Below the pieces are notes generated by a model that worked only from the letters and a program-made list of their open reading frames with translations, was not told the DNA's origin and searched no databases. Source: Oopsacas minuta (taxonomy: Eukaryota; Animalia; Porifera). From it: a DNA stretch of 64,000 bases. The stretch is from assembly GCA_024704765.1 (NCBI GenBank), contig JAKMXF010000066.1, positions 813,854 to 877,853 of the forward strand, read 5' to 3'. Positions 53,079 through 64,000 of the stretch are shown one piece after another. Each line of letters begins with the position of its first letter. Position 1 is the first letter of the stretch. The translations under genes and the position numbers were made by a program.

Positions 53079-56000
53079 ATGGATGATAGTATAGTTGATA
53101 AGTTGACAATCCTGAACAGGTAATTATTATTTATCTACGAATATAGTACGTGACTAATATCCGGTCGCCTCATTACTTGGAATTTGGTAAATAATGTCGA
53201 TTTGTTTATTTTTAGGACTTTGAGTAACTTCGTTATAATTCTATCAAATCAAATTACTGAATATGAAAGATTCTACAAAACTGTTGAATTAATTTTGAAA
53301 CAAACTGAATTATTACGTCACGACCCCGCATTCCTCAAGCTAGTATGCGTTACCAAGGAAGAATCTCAGACCCCAGCAACCGAAATCACCCCAAAGAATT
53401 TCATTATTTTTAATTTAGAAATTTTCAAAAAATTACTTGATAATTCCCTTCCTAGCAACGAGGATAATCTCAAGAATGTGGTACATTTGTTGATGTTTAT
53501 ATTTTCACTTGGTCCACCTCTACCACCAATAGACAGATACTTTGATTCAGGCGCCAAAGCTACCCTCTCTAACTACGATAATCTTATCAAGAATGTGAAT
53601 AATCCTGTCCAGCTGTTCCAAACTGATGAATTTCTGAATCAGCTCTGCACTTACGTCACTGTTATTTATGAAAAAGCGGGCAATCCGATTGGAGCAGATG
53701 AATGTATGGATCTGGTTATACAGGTAGTTTAATTATCTCTATATTTTGACACCTAATTATTACTTATACCAGCTGTTCACAACCTTTTTCACCTGTGGAC
53801 CCCCTGTTGTCCTCATGCACCCACGAGAGGTCCATATACTCCAGTTTAGAGACCGCTAACTTATACTAACGTCCAATTAATCTCTTTATTATCATCATAT
53901 AGACCTGTAAGCTGTGTAGAGGATATGACCCATTCATGCATAGTTTCGATACTCCTGTTGCTAACCTATTCAAGATACCTATTACATACATATCTAACAT
54001 TCCTATTGACAACTCCAGTAACCTAGAGCTTGTATTAAGACTGATAGCTGCTTGTCCATCCTTGTTTATTGACCTAGATGAAATACCTCAGCCAAAACTA
54101 ACCAAACTAATCAATATACTAAATATATCACATATAAATATACACATATGTTTAGCTGTGATGTCATGTGTTTACAGACTGTTTACTGTATCAGAACTGA
54201 CACTAGATGCTTGTCTGGATGATGACATGATATCTCCGCTAATGATAGAGTTTTCATTCCTGATTAGGCGCCATATTGAGGGCGGGGAAATGGAAGATAA
54301 ATTACTGAGAATGATATTTATGGTTTTAAAGTTAATGACGTCATGTGAAGAGTCTAAGATTATCCTATCCGGACAACAAATTATCGTTTTGGAATGTGTG
54401 AATGTAGTTAAGGAATGCAGAAATCAATCAGTTTTCGCATTAGGAATTCTAAATTCTATCTCGAGATATCTCTCAAGAGAGAATTTAGCATTGATTCTAC
54501 GCGCCATCTCAGATTGTTTAAAACATGTTAATATGCAAAATGAATTCAGGAATTATTTCAATTCTGTCATTTTACAGCTGATATTGATACATGGAATTTA
54601 TGAGGATCTTGACAACGGCTTATCCCCAAAGGAATTCGTTGATATTTCATCTTGTGCTATACAGGAGTTGAATGATAAATCTGCTTTGAATCTCGGTTTG
54701 AAGACTTTTGGAATTTTATTTGAATTTCCAAAATTTTGCGAATTAATTTCTGATGATTTTATTGGCGCCTTAATCAAGCTATTTTTAGAATCTGTTAGAC
54801 GGGAATCAGAGGATTTGATTGGTCATATTTCTCACTTATTCTGTGATTTAGTTCTTCAGGATTGTAGTAAGGGAGTTGTTCGTATTCTTGAAGTGTCAAA
54901 GTTTGTGCCTCAACTTGTTAAGGTCAGTTGTAACTCATCCATGGTATCTGACATCCTATGGACAGTTTCTGCCCCTTGGTCAGTCAGCTGTTTGTCCTAT
55001 ACTGTCATGTTTATCAAGTTTATTTATAGCTGATTCTCTCAGAAGAAAGACCAGAGTATTTAATCCATTCTATACGAATATTGAAGTCTGTTAATAAGAA
55101 TGCTAGAGGGAGTATGAAATGTGAACAGATACAGTATATTAATCTATTTGATAAGCTATCAAGACTGACATTAACTTTTAAACAGGTACTACTACTTAAC
55201 ACCTCATAGTTCCAATTCAATTATTGTTACTCACATTCCATTTCACTATTTAGGAGGAGTCAGGGACAGCACACCTATTCGACATCCAATCAAATTCCAT
55301 CTATATCCTCTGGTCGTTGAGTTGTGACTCCTCTTACTTTACAGATAAATTCCTACCACCCACTATCATAACTAACGTAATACAGTACTTTCGTAATGAG
55401 ATTAATAACATTGAAAATGCGTTAATGGATTCATATGGTTACAGAGCCTCTGTTCATATTCTCTGTAATATTGCTGTAACAGATAGAGTTAAGATGGATA
55501 TTGCAGGTAGGTTAGAATACAGGGGAACTGTTACTTGATCCCCTCCCCATGGAACTGATAATTGTATCCGTTGTGGACACCATTCCTCTTAATATACAAT
55601 AGAACTCGGAGAAGTACGAACTGCCCGCGTTCTACACTCAAAAATTCTAATTATCTTCCATGAATCAGCTGTTATTTATTAACACCTCTCTCCCTAGCAA
55701 CGGGTATACACACAGAACTATTAATGGTACTTCTACAGCTGTTAGAGATAGAGGAAGTACCATGGATGTTAATAGATATTACTCTAAGATTAATTGATAC
55801 TATAACAGCTGATGAGGTTTATAAAGCAGAACTAATTGAATTCGGACTTATAGAACCATTAGTTCACATACTTTTATTCCAGCCTAGCAACGAGTTATTG
55901 TTCAGGGTCTTAGGTATGCTAAACAGCTGTACTGGTATATCAGAAGATTACAGACGTACCATGTGTACAGATCAGTTGCTAGGGATAATTATAGAGCTCC

Positions 56001-56525
56001 TGAAGAGTACCAAGGATGGAGGTGCATTTTGTGTGTGTTGTTGTTTACTAGCGAGTATGGCAGAGTCACAAACAGAAGCCAGGTGACGAATTCTTTAGAG
56101 ACATACCCGTTGTTATGTAAATATCCATGATTGAGTTAACTCTCGTTTTATCCAACAAGGACATGTAGAATACCAGCTGATATCGAAGTATTAAATTGTA
56201 CAAATATGCTCTCAAACCTTCAGTACAGGTGTGAATATTTATTTGTTATAGGTTAATATCAAGCTATGACGTAATGACACACTTACTAACAGCTACAGAG
56301 GATAAGGAACTAGTTAGTTCGTGTAGCCAGGTAGAGAGATGGAGTCTTAATCTTGTTGATAAAGTATTCCTTAATTGTATTAATACTCCTACTGATATGA
56401 CGTCATTATTCCTTGGACATAGAACAGAGCTTAATCTCCTGAGAGAGGAACACTTCGTAGTTGACAGGTTGCTATTTATAGCACCAAATATATTTAATAT
56501 TATTGGGATTATTTTCCTAGAATGA
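53079..56525 (+). CDS. Multi-exon helical-repeat (ARM/HEAT-like) protein; family not recognised
   Basis: ATG at 53079, phase-consistent GT-AG introns, Leu-rich amphipathic helices (e.g. LIEPLVHILL..ELLFRVLGMLN). The 3' end may instead splice into the ATE1-like ORF. Confidence 0.55.
53770..53858. mobile_element. hAT MITE with a perfect 8-bp target-site duplication
   Basis: ACTTATAC at 53762-53769 and 53859-53866 flanks cagctgttcacaacc ... gtttagagaccgcta. Confidence 0.85.
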
Positions 56526-57825
56526 TGGGACTTGTCAGACAGGGCTGTACAGATTGTGAGACCCGCGGTTGTGATAGTTGTACCCAATCTGAATCTCTGA
56601 GCCCCGAGGAGGTGTGTGTCTATTCAGAGAGCTTGTCCCTCTCTCAGTATCAACAGCTGATCAACAGGGGATGGTATAGGAGAGGGGGAGACCGCATGTA
56701 CCGATGGGGTAAGAAATTAAAACTAGAATGTGTGAATTGGGAGACAAGAATTAGAGTTAAGGAATTCAAATTAAATCAGAAAAAGACCTTTTCTAGGGTT
56801 CTTAAGAAAATTCCTAAGAACCTAACCGTTACCACGGTACCATCCAGGTATGTTGTTGTCAAATATGTATTATGCATATTTCATACAGTATCTGGTTGCT
56901 AGGTTCACAGAAGAAGGATACAATCTGTATAATGAATATCAGCTGGTTAAACATTCCAGATCCCGAGTATCTAAGCAGGGTTACATCGATCATGTGGTTA
57001 ACACCTGTGTGCCCATTGTGTGCATAGACGGTATAGATTATGGGACATTCCATCAGGAGTATCGTGTTGCTGGGGAGTTAATAGCAATTGGAGTTATTGA
57101 TATTATACTAGAAGGTTTGTCATCCATGGTTCAATAATACGATTTTACTATAGCAACCATTTATTATAATGGAATGTCAATGTATCTCTAGGTATAGTAT
57201 CAATCTATTTCTACTACAAGACTACTAAGGAGGTTCTTAAACTGTCTCTTGGGAGATACTCATCTCTTAGAGAAATACAATTTGTACAAGAATTGAATTT
57301 AGTAAATAATAATATTCAATATTATTATTTACAAGGCTGGAGTAAATATAACAACAAATTAAGTTATAAAGGAGATTATAAACCTGTAGAGTTTCTGGGA
57401 AGATGTGTGTCCTCTATGTGGACAGAGGACCCTATTGAAAGTAAAGGTACAAAGAAATTGGTTCCCTCCTGAATGCTTATTAGTTATTAAACCATTGATG
57501 GTGGATTTAGTTATCTGCTTGTATAATCCATGGTTTAATATCTAATAGTGTTTATTGTTTGTTTGTTTGTTTGTTTGTTTGTTTAGATTCCAACTTTAAC
57601 TCGCTAGAAATCGACAGATCAGAATGGTTAACACATTCTATTCCTGTTAGTGTTAATAGCATTCAAGTTTATATCAACGGATTGTTAATAACATTCCAAC
57701 AACTCAAACTCGTTGCTAACCTAACTCCTCAACAACGTGACTATATTGGTACTTCTCTTGAACAACTGTGCTATGCTATTGGTCCTGAATTAACTCAAAA
57801 GCTAATTATATATTTTCACACCTAA
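56522..57825 (+). CDS. Arginyl-tRNA-protein transferase (ATE1)-like, multi-exon
   Basis: YQQLINRGWYRRGG (ATE_N-like); YNLYNEYQLVKH, YGTFHQEYRVAGELIAIGVIDI, LGRYSSLREI, LSYKGDYKP (ATE_C-like); tail AIGPELTQKLII. Confidence 0.75.
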
Positions 57826-57868
57826 ACACACAAATAATTTTTAGATTTGGTTAAAACTGGAGAGATAT

Positions 57869-57921
57869 ATTGTTGTTGTTGTTGTTGTTGTTATTGTTGT
57901 TGTTGTTGTTGTTGTTGTTGT
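57869..57921. repeat. (TTG)n microsatellite; another at ~58400-58447
   Basis: Direct reading of the sequence. Confidence 0.9.
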
Positions 57922-58005
57922 GTGTATCTTTTTAAATATTGATGAACAAATACCTGGCTATTTTGTTTATTGTTTGTTTACTTGTTTGTTTATTTGTTTA
58001 CTAGT

Positions 58006-58407
58006 ATGAGTACAGCACAAGAGAGACCTAATCAACCTCTCCAATATCTTAACGGTAGAATTAATCTGCTACAACTCAAAGAGCATTTTAAGGTATTTCT
58101 ATTTATACCTCATAGTTACTTAACTGTGTAATTGGTATGTGTATATCATCTCTACCCTCTCATAGGGTACATTCCTGGACTTGGTGTCCTCACAGAGTAC
58201 AGGGTCTAAAGCACTCGTATGGGACAAACAGTTGTTGTCACCTCTTAACTTAATAGTAGAGTACTCATCTCTAAGAGAGAGATCTGTTGATCACATGTTC
58301 CATCTTGATACTGAATTTGTGGTTAATTCTGACATTCCATGCTACGTGTTTGTTGTTAGGGATGATTATAGTGTTATTGAAATGCTAGCTAGGTATGTTG
58401 CTATTGT

Positions 58408-58445
<38 letters not shown>

Positions 58446-60463
58446 GCTCTAATTAATATATTTACACATTAGAATAGCCCTGAAGTGTAAATCCTCATTG
58501 GCTGCAGGCAGTATGACATTCAGTCTGATATTTATCCCTCGTAAAAGCACTGTAGGCCTAAGACTGCTTCAGGATCTGGGAGCTGTGCATCTTTTCAAGA
58601 AGATCGAGTCTCTACATATTGACTTGATCCCCTTAGACTCTGATATCCTATCAATGGAGAGACCTATTGACTTCAGGGAATGTTTTGTAGAAGAATTGAC
58701 AGATCTGTCATATGAAGTATGTTTGTTATTGTTTATTAAGAGGGTATATTCATATGTTTACGAGAGGTTGTTATTTCATGTGAGAGTGAGAGTTACTGAA
58801 TCTTGACTGTATGTGAGTATACATTCCTATGTGTATTTAAGGTATCCAAGTCTTTGATGACTCTACAAGCCCTGTATGGACCTTTCCCCCGCGTATTTGC
58901 TAAGGGTAGATGGTCTTGTCACGTGTGTGACACTGTTAAGCGTATGATCCGTCTGGTAGACAAGTCGTTCACCTCTCAGCCCTCTCAGATAGATGCAGTT
59001 GTCCTCCTAGACAGGACAGTAGACCTTATAACACCTTTGGTTACCCCCCTGACATATGAGGGATTAGTTGATGAACTATTTGGTATTAATTATACTGTAA
59101 CTCAACTACCAGCTGATAGATTCCCTGAAGACGAAGGGAAAGGTAATTCATATGGACCATAAATCTGTATACCTAATTCATTGTTTACTTTATTAGGAAA
59201 TAAACAAAAGAAAGTAACACTTAACAGTTCTGATGAACTATTCACAGACCTCAGAGATTTACACTTCGCGTCAGTGGGTGGATATCTAAGCAGGAGAGCA
59301 AAGAACTTGAATGTAGTAATGGATGAGAGACACATTGCTCAGTCTGTGTCACAACTCAGAGTATTTGTAGCTAAAATACCACACATACAGGTAGTTACCA
59401 TGATTACATTGTATGTCATCATGAATTCCTATACACCATTTTGGTATCCAGGTAACAAAGCGTAGTCTAGGACTACATACAACACTAGCAGAACTTGTGA
59501 AGGAGGTTATTGATGACGTAGCATTTTCGGAGTTGAAATCCCAAGAACAGAAGTTCTTAGAAGAAGTGGATCACGATAGGATCAATGACTATATCGAGAA
59601 GTTGATTGGTCGACAGGGTGATATTAAGAGTATTCTGAGACTTATTTGTTTACAGAGCCAGGTAGAGTTCTTTTGTGTCATATGATTAATCATATTTTCA
59701 CACCTTTTAAAGGTAGGTAATGGATTAAAGATTAAAGTGTTTGAACACTACAAGCGGGAGATAATACACGCATATGGAGTACAACATATAGTCACATTCC
59801 ATAGATTAGAATCAGCTGGGATGTTGAGGATACAACAACAAGCCTCAAAGACATATTCATCTCTAAGAAGGTAATGAGTTATTGTTTATAAAGAAAAAGC
59901 TGTTCCCAATATTATTCACATCTCTTCATGAGACAAAGTGTGACATCTGTGAATTCCTTCCTATTCCATTAGTATCCATGGTCCTATTATAATGTTCTAT
60001 TTATAGAAGCTTGAAGTTGACTAGACAAGTGGACGTAAGGAATGCAGAGGACATAGCTTATACTCACTCAGGGTATGCTCCTCTCTCTGTTAGACTAATT
60101 GAACAGCTGATAGTCAAACCAGGTAATATGAATATAAAAATATTAACACCTTATATTATAACTGTATTGATAGGTGTTGGTCCAATCAGCTGGAAGAGAG
60201 TAGATGATAGTGTAATGCGACTCATCCCTGGTCCACATACAGAATTCTCCCCACGGTCTGAGCAGGAGGGGGTAGATACTACTAATGAGGGTCAGAAACT
60301 TATCTTAGTATATTTCATCGGTGGAGTTAGTTTTGGAGAAATCTCAGCTTTGAGATTTCTTTCACAAACTGAAGATTCTATTGCTAACTTTATTATAGCC
60401 ACTTCTCGTCTTAACAACGGAAATAAGCTAATGGAATCTATGCTATCTACACGTACATCTTAG
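58006..60463 (+). CDS. VPS33A: Vacuolar protein sorting 33A (Sec1/Munc18 family), multi-exon
   Basis: GRINLLQL; GSKALVWD; LLDRTVDLITPLVTPLTYEGLVDELFGI; SDELFTDLRD; LRLICLQS; YSGYAPLSVRL; FIGGVSFGEISALRFLS. Confidence 0.93.
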
Positions 60464-60625
60464 AGATTGTTTATTGTTTACAGATTGTGTATGTATATAG
60501 TTGTTTGTTTATATTCATATGGTTAAGAGTATGTACAATCAATTCTTGATATATCTAACCTCAAAGGTCCACAAATACGACTCAATATTTGTTATTCTTA
60601 AGTCTTCAGTTAGCTAATCAGAGAT

Positions 60626-63600
60626 ATGAGTAATCCTCAGGACGAGTTCGATAAGGCTAGAGCTTATCTACTGACATCAAGTGATGTGTCAAATATTAAT
60701 CTGTAAGTACTTTTGTGTGTTGTTGTTGTTGTTATTATACTCTCCTCCATCTAGATACGATCACCTTAGTACTTGTTTGAAGAAGGTGTTATTAGAGAGA
60801 CCCAATAATGCTGTAGATTATATAGAAGATATTAGCAGGAAGATTAAGAGGGAGAAATTGACCGCCAAGACAGATTCTCTAGTGGTTAGTTGTGTATTAC
60901 AATATGGTGTACAGTGTGTAACTTCTCATAAACGGGCCTTTGGAATGTGGAATTTCTGGAAACAGCGAATTCCTAGTCACATACGAATCAACCTCCACAG
61001 ACGGGAAATGGTTCAATTTCCCGTTTTTAGAGGTTACATTGTTTCTGGTATTATGGATAATGGATACTTAACACTAATTTATCTAATTAGAATGAGCCTG
61101 GGGCCAATAGCGAGGCGGTACTAGCAGAGGTACACAGGGGGCTATTCACACCTCCAGCGGGTGATGAACAGGAGAGATTAGGTGAGGACGATGCCTTGCC
61201 CCCCTACCCTAATCTCCTGGAGCTGATCGGGTACTTAGAACAGGGAGGAATAGGTGTCGGAAAGACAGAGGCATTTAGGATATTTTTAGCACTCAAACAG
61301 CTGACTGAATCTCATAAACTCCAATCTGTTAGATTCTGGGGTTAGTTTCTTTATTTGTTAATTGAAACAAACAAACAACTAAAATGATTGTAAAATGGAA
61401 TTATAACTAAGCACGAATAAAGTTCCTATTTCTGAAATACAGATACCAGTTGGCCTCTCACAACATATTATAGTGTGTGTTAGTTCTCCTGAGGGAGAGA
61501 GTATCCTAATATTTTGACGATAATAATCACTCATAAGAATATTTCCTGCTTGATCCAAGCAGAAGTATAGATGTTCATACTGGCCAAACCACTCATGGGT
61601 AACACACGAGTTTATTAGGTGTCCACTTCTAGAGAAGAAGTGGACAGAATTTGGACTTATGTCTAGCACTACTATGCTGTTTGGAGTTACTTTAACGTCT
61701 CTAGGATAGGTCAGCTGATGAGTACCCAAAGAAATTATGAATTTAAGTTCATTAGAGTAAATACAAACTCTGTGATTGTTAGTATCAGCTACAAACACAT
61801 CTCCGTTATAGTCTGTACAGAGCCCACGTGGATGATATAGCTCTCCCTCTCCGGATCCTCTGGTACCAGTCCTAGCTACATTGAAATCACTGAATTGGAA
61901 CAGAGTGCAGCAATCAATATCTGTAACTAAGACGTGATCTTCTATTAATGCTATACCCCAGGAACTCTTGAGTATGTCTTGTCCAAAATTAGTGACGAAG
62001 TTTCCCTCAAAAGTAACAACTTGTATACGACAGTTACCAGAATCAGCTATGTATATCAGCTGATTAGGTTCATATATAGCTAGACCTCTAGGTCCACATA
62101 GTTCATTATTGGCTATCCCTTTCTTCCCTACAGTTATGACAGGCTGCTTCTTGAGAGAGTAGTCCAGCTTCCATTCTTTCATCCCAGCAGACGTACGAGC
62201 ATTCTTTGATTGTTGTTTTCCCATTTGTTTATTGGAGTTTAGTTTGTTAGAAATAATATTAACAAATACAGAATAGACTCTATTTATATTTGTGTAACTT
62301 GAGAATACCAATTGATGTCAATGGTTGCTATGGTAATTGTGTATTCTAATTTTAGTAACTTTATTCAATCTATTCCTTGTATTATCATTCGTTTCTTCAG
62401 GAAAGATATTCGGGACTGTTCGTAACTTTATAATAGCAGAATGTGAGTTTGTAGAGGGAGAGGGTATGGAGGACACCACAGAGGAACAGGCGCCAGATAC
62501 AGGGGACCAAGAAACAGCTGATAAGGATGAGGATGCTACAGAGGATAAGGAGGAAGCTCCCCCTAAGCCTAACTACAAGCCCCCGCCTGTTATACCCAAA
62601 GAGGAATTCGGTACTGGAACTAATAAGAAAGTGTATTTTGTATGTAATGATGGTGAGTATTGCTGTTGTTATTGTTTGTTTCTTTGTTATTATTATTATT
62701 ATTATTATTATTTTGTAGCTGGGAGTGGGTGGACTAGACTACCGCCTATAACACCCACTCAAATTATCGCAGCTAGACAGATTAGGAAATTTTTTACAGG
62801 AGATCTGGCTGCAAAGGTAATTATTTCTCAGATCAGCTGTTTATTAATGACTGGGTTTATGTACTTACTCAATTATTGTATTTTCACACCTTATAGGTAT
62901 TCAGCTATCCACCATTTCCTGGAAACGAGGGGAACTATTTGCGAGCGCAGATCGCTCGAATATCCGCAACCACCCATATATCTCCTAGTAATTTCTATCT
63001 GTTTGATGCTGACGAGGAAGATGAGATGGATGCAAGAGACACATTTGCTGTTAATGAGGAATTTGAGAATATTCCTGTTAATGAGCTTGTTGATGACTCT
63101 CTGTCTAGATGGGTACATCATGTACAGTTTATTCTACCACAAGTATGTACAGTCAATTCCTGTTATATCGAACACGGATATATCGAATACCCGCTTATAA
63201 CTGTATATTGTTATAGGGGAGGTGTGTCTGGTTTAATCCCCTTGAGAAGCCAGATGATCAATTCGATGATGAAGATGAGGACGATGATGACAAAGATGGA
63301 GCAGATGAGCCACAACCAGAGGAAGGTCCTCCTCTCCTCACCCCTCTTTCTGAGGACAAGGGTATCTGTCACTTTTTCTATCCATTATAATACAGTCAGG
63401 TTATCTGAGTGTCCACAGGATGTGTTCGCTGGTAAAATTATTGCGACCGCTATCCTATCTTATTGATTAATTGAGGTCAATGATTTGTTTCATTAATTAG
63501 ATCCTGACTGTATTTAACAAGTTATATATCTCCTTTAGAGGTCGATGGAATGCCCAGCTGGTCACCTTCTCTAAGTAGTAGTCTAATACCCAGCTACTCT

Positions 63601-64000
63601 ATAGCTATTATACAATCTAATCAGTGGCCAGGTGCTTCTGCATTCTGTATAAACAAGTTAGTTATATACACCGCATCAAGTTTACCTGTCTCATTAACTA
63701 TCGGGTGTTTAGTAATGATTTTACCCACACAGACCTCCTTTAACACGCTTAATTAGCATATTCCATGAATTGGACACAATGTATTATGATGACGTCATAA
63801 ATTAATGAGATATGGAATGCTTAAGTGTATATCATAGAGGATAGAGCTGAAACAAGTTTATTAGTGCTACTTTATTAGGAAGTTTGAGAATGTGTATATC
63901 GGCTGGGGGCAGAAGTACTCGTCCCATCCTATAAATCCTATGCTACCTCCCTCTGTACAAGATGAGTACCCAGAGGGTCCTGATATCCTGGAGGCTGAGG
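60626..64000 (+). CDS. RSPH4A: Radial spoke head protein 4/6 family, multi-exon, runs off the window end
   Basis: ARAYLL..NLYDHLS..KVLLERP; RFWG|[12 protein letters not shown]; [13 protein letters not shown]; [13 protein letters not shown]; [13 protein letters not shown]; [11 protein letters not shown]; IQSNQWPGA. Confidence 0.9.
61379..62224 (-). CDS. NHL-repeat protein copy F, nested antisense in RSPH4 intron 61341-62400
   Basis: Family match; true start MGKQQ at 62224; cassette 5' boundary at ~62338. Confidence 0.9.
   Translation of the reverse strand: MGKQQSKNARTSAGMKEWKLDYSLKKQPVITVGKKGIANNELCGPRGLAIYEPNQLIYIADSGNCRIQVVTFEGNFVTNFGQDILKSSWGIALIEDHVLVTDIDCCTLFQFSDFNVARTGTRGSGEGELYHPRGLCTDYNGDVFVADTNNHRVCIYSNELKFIISLGTHQLTYPRDVKVTPNSIVVLDISPNSVHFFSRSGHLINSCVTHEWFGQYEHLYFCLDQAGNILMSDYYRQNIRILSPSGELTHTIICCERPTGICISEIGTLFVLSYNSILQSF

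Noticed and set aside
60681-63756. ORFs 60681-61124, 62337-63200, 62939-63466 and 63550-63756 as separate genes
   Set aside because: They are RSPH4 exons read through into introns from TTG/GTG starts.

Overview
AT-rich (roughly one-third GC by eye), very compact eukaryotic genomic DNA with short GT-AG introns and abundant (TTTG)n tracts. The gene set is metazoan; a hexactinellid-sponge-like genome is my inference from style, not proven. Recognisable genes: a TRAF-type zinc-finger gene end, BLOC1S2, WDR6, a degenerate Maf-like bZIP, MLLT10/AF10, a LITAF-domain gene, an ANKRD63-like gene, IQCH, an Ig+FN3 surface protein, MTPN, SYMPK, DNAJC22, CLCC1, GAPDH, striatin, QRSL1, an ARM/HEAT-like gene, an ATE1-like gene, VPS33A and RSPH4/6. 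Three architectural features stand out. (1) Extreme gene nesting: one 6.1-kb SYMPK intron holds four genes including GAPDH, and QRSL1 sits inside a striatin intron. (2) A ~1-kb stand-alone NHL-propeller cassette occurs six times, plus a solo 5' end and an internal fragment. It has a sharp shared 5' boundary and variable 3' ends, four copies lie in host introns and two form a long palindrome, so it behaves like a mobile gene. (3) Tight same-strand gene arrays have acceptor-like YAG sites right before the ATG, which suggests trans-splicing/operons or in-frame chimeric splicing. All homology calls are from recalled family motifs; no database search was run.
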